Part shown: positions 9,545-19,438 of the stretch, in pieces
Layout: each line of letters starts with the position of its first letter
Numbering within the stretch: position 1 is the stretch's first letter
Origin: a virus
IMG/VR virus record: IMGVR_UViG_3300028800_000076
Span: 1-64,000 of that record
DNA length: 64,000 bases
Direction: 5' to 3' (one strand)
Notes under the pieces: generated by a model
What the model saw: only the letters and a program-made list of their open reading frames with translations
The model's database searches: none
What the model was told of the DNA's origin: nothing
Program-made: the position numbers and the translations under genes

Positions 9545-9574
9545 TGTATATGCGTGTAACCCAATTCGTGTCAA
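9545..9574 (-). promoter_or_regulatory. sigma70-like promoter overlapping a 17-bp operator
   Basis: Minus strand TTGACA-CGAATTGGGTTACACG-CATATA. Confidence 0.55.
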
Positions 9575-10089
9575 GTGTTCGGACTAAAGATTTCTTGTCC
9601 GCTCGTAGTCTCTTGTTTTTGCTTGGCAAATTCACCCGGTCCAAGATGGATCATGGTGAAAACGTAGAGTAGGCACATGGGAACAAACGTGGCTAGATTG
9701 TCCAATATCTCGATAGCCACGCTGGTCTTATACAGCGCATCATAGACATTCACCGGCATCAGCGTGACCCAAAGACCAATGAACATGAGGCGGAAGACCA
9801 TGCCCGTTTCGCGCTCTCGTACAGCCTCGGCATTAAGCCGCTGCATCATTTTGATATTGGATGGATAGTCGCGATACCACCTCGCGCGATTGAGCGCCCA
9901 AATGAAGTGACCGCCCCACACAGCGAGCACGAGAGGCATCAGCCAATAATTCTTTTGCACCCAAGTCGATGAGACCGTGACTGCAAACGTAAGGCCGCCC
10001 ACATGCATCCTGATGTCAGTCAGGAGCCAGCCGCGCTTCTGTGCCCAGATACCGGCCCGATCGAATTGATCCACAATCCATTTATCCAT
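9571..10089 (-). CDS. multi-pass membrane protein
   Basis: About four hydrophobic segments. Confidence 0.6.
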   Translation of the reverse strand: MDKWIVDQFDRAGIWAQKRGWLLTDIRMHVGGLTFAVTVSSTWVQKNYWLMPLVLAVWGGHFIWALNRARWYRDYPSNIKMMQRLNAEAVRERETGMVFRLMFIGLWVTLMPVNVYDALYKTSVAIEILDNLATFVPMCLLYVFTMIHLGPGEFAKQKQETTSGQEIFSPNT

Positions 10090-10309
10090 CTTTTCTCTCC
10101 CGTTTAGCCCAGAAATAACTAGGGTCCTCATGCCATCTCTTTATGTTGTCATACTTCTCCGGTAACGCTGAGCCATCGAAGGCGTACCGTAGAGAGCACC
10201 CAACTGAAATGACTTCCGGCTTGTGAGGTTTTCCAAACTGGTCATGAACCGGCAAGTCAGGATCATCCCACTTCGGCCTTGTGTCAGGGGGTAATTTCTT
10301 GCGGCGCAT
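10082..10309 (-). CDS. hypothetical protein
   Basis: Packed ORF. Confidence 0.45.
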   Translation of the reverse strand: MRRKKLPPDTRPKWDDPDLPVHDQFGKPHKPEVISVGCSLRYAFDGSALPEKYDNIKRWHEDPSYFWAKRERKDG

Positions 10310-10312
10310 GGC

Positions 10313-10471
10313 TCAGGTCTTATCGATATCGACTTTGTGAACCGCAGAGGCGAACAAGGCATTGGAGCCAGCCATGGCTTTCTTTTTGGCCTCTTCGCTG
10401 TCTTTAGCTGTGACCAGCACATTCGATTGGTCGGTCTGAGACCACTCAATACGCACAAGATATTTTGCCAT
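10313..10471 (-). CDS. hypothetical protein
   Basis: ACGGGAGA SD. Confidence 0.5.
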   Translation of the reverse strand: MAKYLVRIEWSQTDQSNVLVTAKDSEEAKKKAMAGSNALFASAVHKVDIDKT

Positions 10472-10500
10472 AGCTCTCTCCCGTTTTGTCTCACATGGCA

Positions 10501-10698
10501 TTATGGATCAGGTTGGCAAGAGGCCTCAAGTTTATAACGCTCGCGGCCTGTCCCATTGCACGATCCGCATTTGGGGCATCCATTGGCGTCGTAATAACCG
10601 CTCCCGCTACAAGCGGAACACGGTCGCTGTTTCCAGCCTCGTATATGTTTCTCGTAATATTCTTGGCGCTGTTTCTTGCGCTCCAGCCAAGTAGGCAT
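10501..10698 (-). CDS. DnaJ-type zinc-finger protein
   Basis: CSACSGSG...CGSCNGTG. Confidence 0.7.
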   Translation of the reverse strand: MPTWLERKKQRQEYYEKHIRGWKQRPCSACSGSGYYDANGCPKCGSCNGTGRERYKLEASCQPDP

Positions 10699-10702
10699 GG
10701 GC

Positions 10703-11158
10703 CTAACTCTTTTCAGGCAAGAGGCCAGTCATGCGCCCTTCCGCCCGGTCCATTGTTTGAATGGTAAATGGCGAGACGGTGGGCTTGCCGTGTTCGGGCC
10801 GAAGAATAAACATATGACCCATAATGGTTTGCTTGCCATCTTCGCCGCTCACCATGATGATCTCGCGCCTATTAGGATGATGTTCTAACGATGTAGTGCG
10901 ATTACGAGCCTCATCCAATGACTTGCCTACAATCGTCCAGGCCTCGCACATAAAGACATAGCGCTTGACCTTGTGTTCTCGAAACAGCGCTTTGACTGCG
11001 GCGATGATCTTATCCTTGTCGGTCATGGGCGCGACAATGGGGAGGATATCCCCGTTCTCGCATTCCGCGATCCACATGGGAGTCAGCGATCCAGTATCCT
11101 TAAAGGTACTGGCCGCAAACTCGGCATTCTCGCGCACCATTTGTTCAAGTGATTTCAT
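10703..11158 (-). CDS. hypothetical protein
   Basis: SD; FMCEAW...RREII motif. Confidence 0.6.
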   Translation of the reverse strand: MKSLEQMVRENAEFAASTFKDTGSLTPMWIAECENGDILPIVAPMTDKDKIIAAVKALFREHKVKRYVFMCEAWTIVGKSLDEARNRTTSLEHHPNRREIIMVSGEDGKQTIMGHMFILRPEHGKPTVSPFTIQTMDRAEGRMTGLLPEKS

Positions 11159-11443
11159 GTTAGCTCTCCCATTAAAATTCAGCGATCCCGATGCACACAT
11201 ATCCTTTGAGGCCATAGAACCATTCACAATGGACCATGAATTCCTCAAAGGTGAATGGCCAAAGATATTGGGGCACAATCCATTCACTATCACGCATGAC
11301 TAATGCTCCTTCCTAACGCTGGCTTCGACAATCAAGTCAGCGATAATGGAGTCGATGTCTCTTGGCTTGTGCCCCTCCGGACATTGCAGCGCGACGGCCG
11401 CCTTGGCCAGAAGGTTCGCGAGTTCGGTATTTGTCAGCATGGT

Positions 11444-12304
11444 TTAGTCTCCCGTTTCGGTATCTTCGCGGTCATCCCCGCTCAGCAGATAGGGCGAGTA
11501 TTCGCGTAGCATCTTGCGAATCCACCCCTCAGGGTCGGAGAAATTATCCGTGCCTAATAGGCCTGCGGGCAGATAGGCGATTTGTGAGCCGGGCGAAATC
11601 ATGCGGCCTAGTATCTCGCCAGCATACTTGCGCTCTAGGCTATCAACGCCATAAGCCCAACCGAGCATAGAACAGCGAACATCGCGCCAATTCTTCATGC
11701 GCGTGGTTGTGATGGAGCCCGTTGCAGCGATATCGTTGTAAGAGGTTAGCACCATGGCCGCGCGGGCTAGGTCTAGTGGATTCGTCTCCACGCGAATGGC
11801 GGTCTGACACATCATGCCAGTCGTTCCGTAGGTTGTGGTTATCCACAATTCCAACGGACGAAAGAGCGCCAAGGCGCGGACCATCGCATAAAGCGCTGCG
11901 CCGCGTTCAATCATTTCATCATGGTCTAACCTGCCGCTCCCGGTCATTTCGATAAAGAGAGCTAGCGGGCCTCTTCCGGTTTTGTCGCGGCGTCTATCGC
12001 GCATATTGTATGGATTGCCCATGATGTACGCGGGCACATTCGGGCAGGCACCACAGACACTATTTCGTGCGACTAGGCCCGTTGTGAGCAAGAGTCCGGC
12101 TTCAATGGCGCTAGCTCTTTCGTCAATGGCTTGGCCTACTATCTCGTCGCCCGTTTCCAGGCGGTTTGCAAAGGCACCCATACCAACATTGCGCGCATGG
12201 GCAACAAAGCCGGGCCAGTCGCATAGCTCGATATAGTCCCGCGCCTTTGGCTGTAAGGCGCGGATTTCAGGGATGGATTGAAGGCCTAGGAATTGTTCGT
12301 GCAT
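11444..12304 (-). CDS. degenerate vWA-like protein (paralogue 2), putative MoxR partner
   Basis: Shares G..PNVP.YI..NP.NMR, RG.A....VRAL...RP.ELW and VET.P.DL with the adjacent ORF. Confidence 0.65.
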   Translation of the reverse strand: MHEQFLGLQSIPEIRALQPKARDYIELCDWPGFVAHARNVGMGAFANRLETGDEIVGQAIDERASAIEAGLLLTTGLVARNSVCGACPNVPAYIMGNPYNMRDRRRDKTGRGPLALFIEMTGSGRLDHDEMIERGAALYAMVRALALFRPLELWITTTYGTTGMMCQTAIRVETNPLDLARAAMVLTSYNDIAATGSITTTRMKNWRDVRCSMLGWAYGVDSLERKYAGEILGRMISPGSQIAYLPAGLLGTDNFSDPEGWIRKMLREYSPYLLSGDDREDTETGD

Positions 12305-12306
12305 GG

Positions 12307-13176
12307 CTAGGACTCCTGCCCGGAGTAGCGCGCCAAATTGCGTTCAATCCATTTTGCAGGATCGGTGATCAATTCATCGTTGAGGAATATCCCCGGGATG
12401 CAAAGCGTTTCCGAAATGTGAGGCAGGGCAACGGCCATGACTCGTTCCATCTCGTCTTGAGTCAGTGGGCTGGATTTAGAAAATGGCCACGCGCCGCCGG
12501 AACCATGGTGCGTACAAATTTTGTAACCTACCTCGCGTGACCATGCGGCGGATGCGATGCACGGCGCAGCATGGGAAAGGTCCATAGGCGAGGTTTCAAC
12601 ACGATGGCCGGTAAAGGTTGCGCTTTTGCCGTAAGGCTCACCAGCCAAGCCGCTTTGCCCGGCAAACACCCATAACTCTACCGGGCGACGGGCAGACAAA
12701 GCACGCACAAAGGCGAGAATGGCCGAGCCGCGCTTATTGATCATGCTCGCGTCAATACCGCCGCTAGACGTGCTATCCACAATGACAGCTAGCGGCGCGG
12801 TTTCTCTGACCGTGCGATGGCGCAAGCGCATGTTCATAGGGTTGCTCGCGATATAGTGCGGGATATTGGGAGAAGCGCCGATAACCGAGTCGATAACCTC
12901 CCATGATGCGCGCATGGGAGCGAAAGCCTCAAACCGAGAGAGCATTTCGTCGGACTCGCGCGCCGCATCGAGATTGCCGTTTAGGGCATATTCGCAAGCT
13001 TGCTTGCCCGAAACGTCAGACCATCCACCAACGGCATTTTCCTCGCGATAGGTGCCGTTTTCCAGCGCCCATGCGGCCATATCCGAGCCGCTATCAAAAA
13101 GGATGAATTGAGCCCGCGCGGCTGACTCCGCGCGGGGATAGGGAACGGTTAGTGTGCTGATGATTGGCATGGCCAT
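12307..13176 (-). CDS. vWA-like protein (paralogue 1), putative MoxR partner
   Basis: AVIVDSTSSGG MIDAS-like motif; follows the AAA gene. Confidence 0.65.
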   Translation of the reverse strand: MAMPIISTLTVPYPRAESAARAQFILFDSGSDMAAWALENGTYREENAVGGWSDVSGKQACEYALNGNLDAARESDEMLSRFEAFAPMRASWEVIDSVIGASPNIPHYIASNPMNMRLRHRTVRETAPLAVIVDSTSSGGIDASMINKRGSAILAFVRALSARRPVELWVFAGQSGLAGEPYGKSATFTGHRVETSPMDLSHAAPCIASAAWSREVGYKICTHHGSGGAWPFSKSSPLTQDEMERVMAVALPHISETLCIPGIFLNDELITDPAKWIERNLARYSGQES

Positions 13177-13180
13177 GTGA

Positions 13181-14467
13181 TTAGCCTTCCACCATGCGGC
13201 GTTGTTCAACCGTGAGATTGGCCAGATAGGTCATGCTGGCCGCTTCGTCGGAAGAGAAACCGCCAGCAATCAAAGCCGCGCCAGCGATGGAAGCGCGTGG
13301 ATCGATCAGCACCTTGATTCCCGCCGCCTTGGCCTTCTCGCGTGCCTTTTGGACGCGCTTGGCAAAGCCTGCATTGCCCGAGATGGATTGTTCCATATCG
13401 GTATCGTAATCCCATTGGATACGGACCGGGAACCGAGAGAGGAACGCAGCGTCGATTTTGGCGCGGCCAACGTAATCGGCCGTCGCGCCGAGCCCCCATG
13501 TGTTGGCCGTGGCGATGATTACCGAGTCGGCATGCCGTTCCGCTTGCCCGTCAGGGAATGACGCGCGGCCATTGGCAAGCGCTGCATTGAGCGCAAGCAA
13601 TGCGGTATTGTCCGAGCCATCGACTTCGTCAAACAGGTAAACAGCAGCGCTGCTATAGGCCTTGCGGAATGGCGTTTCATGATAGGTGCCGCCTGCGTCA
13701 ATGAACCCGAGCAATTCATGCGGCATCGACAACGCGCCATTGTATTCGAAAGCGAGTCCCAAGGCCTTGGCCACAGTCTTCGCGGCGTAGGTTTTGCCCG
13801 AGCCTGCCGGACCTGAAATCCAGATATTCGGATGGAAACCATCGGCCTGACGCGATGCGGCGGCCTTGAGGAGCTTGGCGAATTGTGGATGGTGCGCGCC
13901 TTCCAATTGCACGAATTCGTCCGAGTCGTGCGCCTTAACCTCAATGCGAATGGCCGCGTTTTCTGCTAGCTCTTCGAGCTTGGCTTCCACCTGACGCTGC
14001 AAGTTAGGGAGCAGCGAATTGAGTCGCGCGTCGATATCGCGGCCGATTTGAGCCATATCGACTTGCGGGCCCATGCTGGACATGACGGCCGCAACGACTG
14101 CGGCAATGCGATTTGCATCGTTGTTCTGTGGCGCTGGCGCGGCTTGTGGAGCACCGAAGGCTTGCGCTTGTGCAATCGCTTCGTCCGAAGGTGGGGCGGA
14201 TAGAATTGCAGCGGCGGCACTATTGCAATCGATATCATCAGCTTCCTGTGCCTTAAGCTTGGCTTGTTCAAGCTTGGCATTGGACAAGTCATTATAGACA
14301 GACGCGATAGCAGCCCGCGCAAGGCCTGCGGCATACATGCCCGGAACGCCGTTAGCAGTGAGCCATTTGCGCGCGTTGTGTACGTTGTCGGCAGTGACGA
14401 ATAGACGGCCGCGCGGACCTAGCAGGGCCTCGCATTCTTGCGGCGTCATTGATGGTGTACGTGCCAT
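13181..14467 (-). CDS. MoxR/CobS/CbbQ-like AAA+ ATPase
   Basis: IWISGPAGSGKT, YLFDEVD, IATANTWG.G....YVGR..IDAAFLSRF. Confidence 0.88.
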   Translation of the reverse strand: MARTPSMTPQECEALLGPRGRLFVTADNVHNARKWLTANGVPGMYAAGLARAAIASVYNDLSNAKLEQAKLKAQEADDIDCNSAAAAILSAPPSDEAIAQAQAFGAPQAAPAPQNNDANRIAAVVAAVMSSMGPQVDMAQIGRDIDARLNSLLPNLQRQVEAKLEELAENAAIRIEVKAHDSDEFVQLEGAHHPQFAKLLKAAASRQADGFHPNIWISGPAGSGKTYAAKTVAKALGLAFEYNGALSMPHELLGFIDAGGTYHETPFRKAYSSAAVYLFDEVDGSDNTALLALNAALANGRASFPDGQAERHADSVIIATANTWGLGATADYVGRAKIDAAFLSRFPVRIQWDYDTDMEQSISGNAGFAKRVQKAREKAKAAGIKVLIDPRASIAGAALIAGGFSSDEAASMTYLANLTVEQRRMVEG

Positions 14468-14470
14468 GAT

Positions 14471-14653
14471 TTAGGCCTCCTCAATGGATTGATCGAGGCG
14501 AACGCCGGTCACGTTGGCCGCGCCAACAGTCCAGTCTTGCCAATCGCAAGGCGGTTCATCTAAGGCCGCATTGATAGCGTTTGATATTTCAGCCTCAGTC
14601 GTAGTGTGAGGCGCGCTAACCTCAATTGTTATGAGGTACGTTCGAATAGCCAT
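14471..14653 (-). CDS. hypothetical protein
   Basis: First gene after the leftward promoter; ACGGGAGA SD. Confidence 0.55.
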   Translation of the reverse strand: MAIRTYLITIEVSAPHTTTEAEISNAINAALDEPPCDWQDWTVGAANVTGVRLDQSIEEA

Positions 14654-14700
14654 TTCCCAAGTCTCCCGTTTTGCCGCGCAGGAATCACGCGGCCAATGCG

Positions 14701-14729
14701 AGGTATGACACAGATTGGGTTAGGTGCAA
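14701..14729 (-). promoter_or_regulatory. leftward promoter with operator
   Basis: Minus strand TTGCAC-CTAACCCAATCTGTGT-CATACC. Confidence 0.45.
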
Positions 14730-14880
14730 TGGGGTAAATAATATGGACGGTAAATCAATGGGTTATGGGACACTGCGCCAAGCTTGATTGCGCGCCCATA
14801 ATCCGCTATTGTGCCAAGCCGTTGATAGTACAGACTAATCATTGCGCGGCTTTAGTCCGCGCCCCAACGGGGAACACGGC

Positions 14881-15432
14881 ATGCCAGCGCTAGCTAATCC
14901 CAGACATGAACGCTTCGCGCAGTGCATTGCTGCGGCCTTGGCAGGCGAGACAAGGCTAGAGCAAGCGCAGAGCACGGCCTACCGCAACGCTGGCTATCTA
15001 GCAAAGCCCGGTAACAGCGCAGAGGCGGCAGCATCTAGGCTGTTAAGGCGAGTTAAGCCTATCACAGATAGAGTGCGTGAAATTCAAGCGCAGATAGCAC
15101 GCAAGAAAGGACGGACTATCGAGGTCATTGTGGAGCGCATGGCATTGGCCAGCCAGATAGCTGAAGAGGATAGAAACCCGACTGCGATTACAGGCGCAGA
15201 GAGCGCAATCGCTAAGGTTTTAGGCATTCAAGTCGAACGTCATGAGCATGGCACGCCTGGATCATTCGAGAGTGTGGATAGTACAGCGGACTATGCCGAT
15301 ACAATGCTGAAGGCCTACAGCCATGAGCAATTGAATGTGAGTGAGGGAATGCGGGAGATGGCGCTTGCAGAGCTAGCACGCCACGCTGAAGCCATGGCCG
15401 CTATCGCACATGGCACACTAGGCGAGGCTTAG
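14881..15432 (+). CDS. terS: terminase small subunit
   Basis: MPALANPRHERFAQ...AYRNAGY...ASRLL...I..RV.EI, typical TerS N-terminus. Confidence 0.75.
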   Translation: MPALANPRHERFAQCIAAALAGETRLEQAQSTAYRNAGYLAKPGNSAEAAASRLLRRVKPITDRVREIQAQIARKKGRTIEVIVERMALASQIAEEDRNPTAITGAESAIAKVLGIQVERHEHGTPGSFESVDSTADYADTMLKAYSHEQLNVSEGMREMALAELARHAEAMAAIAHGTLGEA

Positions 15433-15774
15433 CATAATCATATCAATGGCTTAGCACGAATGGCACTAGCCCTAGTGCGACTAGTCTAGTCCATCATAGT
15501 GAACTAATGTGGACATTCTGGAATGGCGAACAGTGCGAGCACAAGGCCGATAGGCCCACAATCGGTCTACAATGGCCGCTGATGCGTTATGTGGATAGAA
15601 GCTAGGGCTGTCTACCTCGAAGCGCTTTAGCGCACAGGCGGCCTTTATTCTGGATTGTGGACGGCCAACTGGGTCCGGTGCATACCCGGGGGACCCGCTG
15701 CCGGGGGCGAGGGGGCCCGGGTCCAGGTCTCCTCACACCCCGAACACAGGACCCAAATTTCCTTACGGGTCCCC

Positions 15775-15837
15775 TTGACGTAGCAACTACCCAGTAGTAT
15801 CTACATAACTGTAGTATCTACATGAGGTAGCATCTAC
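15775..15837 (+). promoter_or_regulatory. promoter with four GTAG-N3-CTAC palindromes
   Basis: TTGACG then palindromes at 15780, 15794, 15811, 15827. Confidence 0.7.
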
Positions 15838-16134
15838 ATGGATAGAGATGCCTTGATCGAGCTTGCAGAGAGGCTCCGTAAAAATATGATTAGGGGCCAC
15901 CTGCTGGACTATGTGGAAGGGTCCCTGGCCCTCCTGAAAAAGGGTCCCTCTAGCCCTGAGCCAAAAACAGTTGGCCAGAAAATCCTGGCCTCTGCACAGG
16001 AGGCGGTAAGCATCGCCAAGGGCGAGCTACCAGTCCTCCACCATTTTCATGAGTGCCCGACCTGCAAGGAACGGCGGGCTAAGAAGGCAGCGGCTCAGAA
16101 GCGCTACCGGGCCAAACTTGGAGTCAAGGCATGA
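15838..16134 (+). CDS. hypothetical protein (CxxC, basic tail)
   Basis: GAGG SD; ECPTCK..R motif. Confidence 0.6.
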   Translation: MDRDALIELAERLRKNMIRGHLLDYVEGSLALLKKGPSSPEPKTVGQKILASAQEAVSIAKGELPVLHHFHECPTCKERRAKKAAAQKRYRAKLGVKA

Positions 16135-16328
16135 GCAAGGTTGACGACGGCTACGTGACTGTAAAGGGCAGGCGGTACCCCTCTAGGTATCCTCCAGGCA
16201 TGAATGCTGACCTGGATGAGGCCTGGGCCATCCTGGATACCATAAAGGATGGGGTGATCCCTGACGATGTGCGGGCCTTCTTGGCGGGCCAGATTACAGG
16301 CCTGTTACTCCGAAAGCGTCAGTCTTAA
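16131..16328 (+). CDS. hypothetical protein
   Basis: ATGA-coupled. Confidence 0.55.
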   Translation: MSKVDDGYVTVKGRRYPSRYPPGMNADLDEAWAILDTIKDGVIPDDVRAFLAGQITGLLLRKRQS

Positions 16329-16547
16329 CCTTAAGCGCTATTGCCTCTGTTATCAGGTGTAGGGCGAGCTTGTGGGAGGCGGCTCCGGTGAGGCCTAGGT
16401 GGGCCTCTATCTGATCGAACCGGGTGCCTAGGCTCTGAAGCTCTTCGGGTTGGAAACTGACCATGGATACTCCTCCTGTGTGTGAGGGAGGAGCCTAGGC
16501 CCTGTGTGTGACACCTGTCTGTGCGTTAGTGCTCACATCTGACTAAT

Positions 16548-16742
16548 TTATCTGAGCCGCATGGGCGGGCCTACGCCTGTCATGTTGAGCAGGAAGCCGA
16601 TCAGAACGACGGCGCAGATGACCACAAAGACGATCATCACGATCTTGTTCAGGGGCTCCGGGAGCGTGACCTGGGAGAGGAGCCACCAGACCAGGATGGC
16701 GAGGATGATGAAGATGGCGAGGTAGACCAGGATATCGAGCAT
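16548..16742 (-). CDS. small two-TM membrane protein
   Basis: Two hydrophobic helices around LPEP. Confidence 0.7.
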   Translation of the reverse strand: MLDILVYLAIFIILAILVWWLLSQVTLPEPLNKIVMIVFVVICAVVLIGFLLNMTGVGPPMRLR

Positions 16743-16769
16743 GATGGCGTGCCCTCCAGGGCTGCCATC

Positions 16770-17135
16770 CTAACGCCCCACCCCCTCCCCAGTTCCATCC
16801 ACCTCGATCACCCGTATCCCCGCCTTCCGGGCACGCCTGACCATATCGGCTGCGCCTGTCCCGCCCGGGAAGGCCACCACCAAGTCCGGCTTGCCCTCGT
16901 CCAGCATCTGCTGATTACGGATAGGCCCCGCTCCCTTGCCGTGCTTCTTCCAGTCGGCCGGAAAGGACCTGACGGGCACGCCCCTGTCCTTGGCCCACTC
17001 ATCTGCCAGCCTATCTGCGCCCCGAGCAGCGCCGTGAATGATCCCATCACCCTCCAGGTGAATGGCATCAAGCCTGCCTGTGAGGAGCGCTACGTCATCG
17101 AAGTCACGACCGCCGCAGATCAAGATCGTCCTCAT
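16770..17135 (-). CDS. SLOG family (YspA/DUF2493-like) protein
   Basis: [41 protein letters not shown]. Confidence 0.88.
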   Translation of the reverse strand: MRTILICGGRDFDDVALLTGRLDAIHLEGDGIIHGAARGADRLADEWAKDRGVPVRSFPADWKKHGKGAGPIRNQQMLDEGKPDLVVAFPGGTGAADMVRRARKAGIRVIEVDGTGEGVGR

Positions 17136-17237
17136 CGTGCGTCCTCCTCCTATCCCGCTCTGCCTTCCAGCACTTCTGGCAGAGATCGTGATCGTCGTCC
17201 TGGGGTCTACACCATGTCTTCCAGCGTGGATTGTAGA

Positions 17238-17723
17238 TCAGGATGGCTCGACCACAGTCCACGCAACCTCGCTTGCTCGTGCCCATGGATTCTCCCCCAG
17301 CGGCAGGTCAATTCCACAATGTCCTTTATACAGAATCCCCTTCTCGCTGGGCGGAGGCTTAATCCCCGGCCCAATCACAACCTCAGGGCTGAGATAAATC
17401 CCGCCCTCACCCGTCTTGCCGTCGTGATAATCGAACGAGGTCACCCTGCGCACCATCTCGGTATGGTCTGCGATGTAGGCGATGGACCCGATACTGGAGG
17501 CATCGTGGAGCACGCGTGGCACCAGGATTGTCTCGTAGACCCGCATGCCCATGTGATCGAAGCCCATAACGTTATAGGCCACGGTCTCGGTCAAGGGATC
17601 ATAAGCGACACGGATATCCCGCATCACCTTCACCGGCATCAGGCTACCGGCACGCACGATGGCTGGCGCTGCAAAGAGCGAGGCTCCCAGGCCAACCAGC
17701 AGTCCTCTCCGGTTCATCTTCAT
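17238..17723 (-). CDS. protein with twin-arginine-like signal peptide
   Basis: MNRRGLLVGLGASLFAAPAIVRA. Confidence 0.6.
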   Translation of the reverse strand: MKMNRRGLLVGLGASLFAAPAIVRAGSLMPVKVMRDIRVAYDPLTETVAYNVMGFDHMGMRVYETILVPRVLHDASSIGSIAYIADHTEMVRRVTSFDYHDGKTGEGGIYLSPEVVIGPGIKPPPSEKGILYKGHCGIDLPLGENPWARASEVAWTVVEPS

Positions 17724-17936
17724 CGCCTTAGCCTCCCGTACTGATCAACATCATTGATGTGGGTTATCGCGCTCCCGTAGCCCCATCGCATAGTGCGGGT
17801 GGCATTATGGACCTTGGTGTTGAGTCGTTGCCAGTCTGCACCACAACGCGCGCAGACCATCGTCACCTGGGTCACGCCCAGTCTATCCATGACTGGCACC
17901 TTCCTGCTCTTCACCCACAAATGATCGTGGGTGGGA

Positions 17937-18140
17937 TCAGGACCCATCTTCGGACCACATCCGGATCGTGTCCACGATCTTGAGTGTCTGGACAGCACGC
18001 ATCATCCGGCCTAGCACCGGCTTTGGCACCCTGCGGCACCACTGCTGGTACTGCACATCGGATATCCCAGCCGGTGGCGTCTGCACCTCAGCCCTATCCT
18101 TAATGTCCCAGATGCCTGAGTTCTCGTAGAGATAAGTCAT
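17937..18140 (-). CDS. hypothetical protein
   Basis: GGAGG SD downstream of the AAA gene. Confidence 0.5.
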   Translation of the reverse strand: MTYLYENSGIWDIKDRAEVQTPPAGISDVQYQQWCRRVPKPVLGRMMRAVQTLKIVDTIRMWSEDGS

Positions 18141-18143
18141 GTC

Positions 18144-19340
18144 CTACCTCCCAGAGAAGCCGATGCGACGCACGGGTGCCCCGCCCTGATGCTGGTTGAA
18201 GAGGCCAGCCAGGGTGTACTCCCCCTTGTTCGTCGGCACCGGCAGGCTAGCCACCTTGGCCACCGCCTGGGCCTCCGGCAGGTTGAGCGTGCGGGTATGC
18301 ACCACGCCGTAGCACCGGCCCGGCCGCAGCAGCGCATCATCCACGCGGCCGAAGTCGCTGATGTTGGTGGTGAACACCACCTTCTTGTCCGGCAGCTTGA
18401 TCAAGCCATCCGATACGTTGAGGAAGCGGCTCATCAGCTTGTTGCCCTCAGCCTCGCGTGAGGCGAGGATGGTGTCCGCATCCTCAATCACCAGAATGTC
18501 GCCATCCGCCTCGAACAGGAAATTCTGGAACACCGTGTCATTGCGCATCAGGTCCTCGTCATAGATGACATGGGCCGTCAGCTTGTGATCGCAGATCAGG
18601 TGGCGCAGCAGCGTGGTCTTGCCCGTGCCGGGAGGACCGGCCAGCAGCAGGATCGCTGCCTCGCTGTCCAGGTAATCCTGGAGGAACTGCTTTGGATCAC
18701 TCAGGTCCGGATAGAACTCGCTGCGCAACTCAGTCTTGAGCGCAGGTAGCCGCACAATGCGCGTCTCCGGACCACGCGCCCCCTTGTACCACCACTTGAC
18801 GATGGAGTGGTGCTCCTGGGCAAACGCCTTGTCCAGCACGTCAAAGACAAGCTCGCAGCCCTGCCGGTTCGAAGTCACCAGGACCTGGAACTCATAGATG
18901 TCCTTGGAGCGCGCCACCTTGGCGCGGCCGACACTGAGCCCAGTAGGTCTGGACGACGCATCCCCGCCCTCGTTCTGGTAGATATCGATAAAGACCGGGA
19001 TGCCCTGGCACTCGGCCGTGAGGATGGTGGAGCGCTCATAGAGCCCCATCACGCTGGCCTCGGTCAGCGCTGGATACAGCGCATCCAGAATGCTCAGCAC
19101 ATCGCTGGAGATGGTGTACTTGCGCTTGAGGGTGATGCCCTCGTTCTCGCCAAAGGCACCCAGCACATTCTGGATGAAGAGGATGCGGGCCTGCTGCTGG
19201 ACTGTGATATCGCAATCGGCCGTGCTGTGGCCGTCCCGCTTCCACACGTCTGCGCCCCAGGTATCGCGATAGTGCTCTTTCTCCTGGCTGCGATCCCGGT
19301 TAAAGGATGCATCCGTCGTGGTCCTGCTGATATCTCGCAT
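18144..19340 (-). CDS. AAA ATPase
   Basis: LLLAGPPGTGKT, LVIEDAD, FLNVSDGL, FTTN, ALLRPGR. Confidence 0.9.
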   Translation of the reverse strand: MRDISRTTTDASFNRDRSQEKEHYRDTWGADVWKRDGHSTADCDITVQQQARILFIQNVLGAFGENEGITLKRKYTISSDVLSILDALYPALTEASVMGLYERSTILTAECQGIPVFIDIYQNEGGDASSRPTGLSVGRAKVARSKDIYEFQVLVTSNRQGCELVFDVLDKAFAQEHHSIVKWWYKGARGPETRIVRLPALKTELRSEFYPDLSDPKQFLQDYLDSEAAILLLAGPPGTGKTTLLRHLICDHKLTAHVIYDEDLMRNDTVFQNFLFEADGDILVIEDADTILASREAEGNKLMSRFLNVSDGLIKLPDKKVVFTTNISDFGRVDDALLRPGRCYGVVHTRTLNLPEAQAVAKVASLPVPTNKGEYTLAGLFNQHQGGAPVRRIGFSGR

Positions 19341-19438
19341 CGTTAATGTCCTCCACTCTCCGACGCATCAAGTAACCCATTCTGTCCTTGACTTCAAGAC
19401 CTGCATCCCACATCTTTTAGGACACGGAGGATAAGCCC

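Noticed and set aside
15780-15837. Short repeats as a CRISPR array
   Set aside because: Repeats are 11 bp with 3-6 nt gaps, and there are no cas genes.
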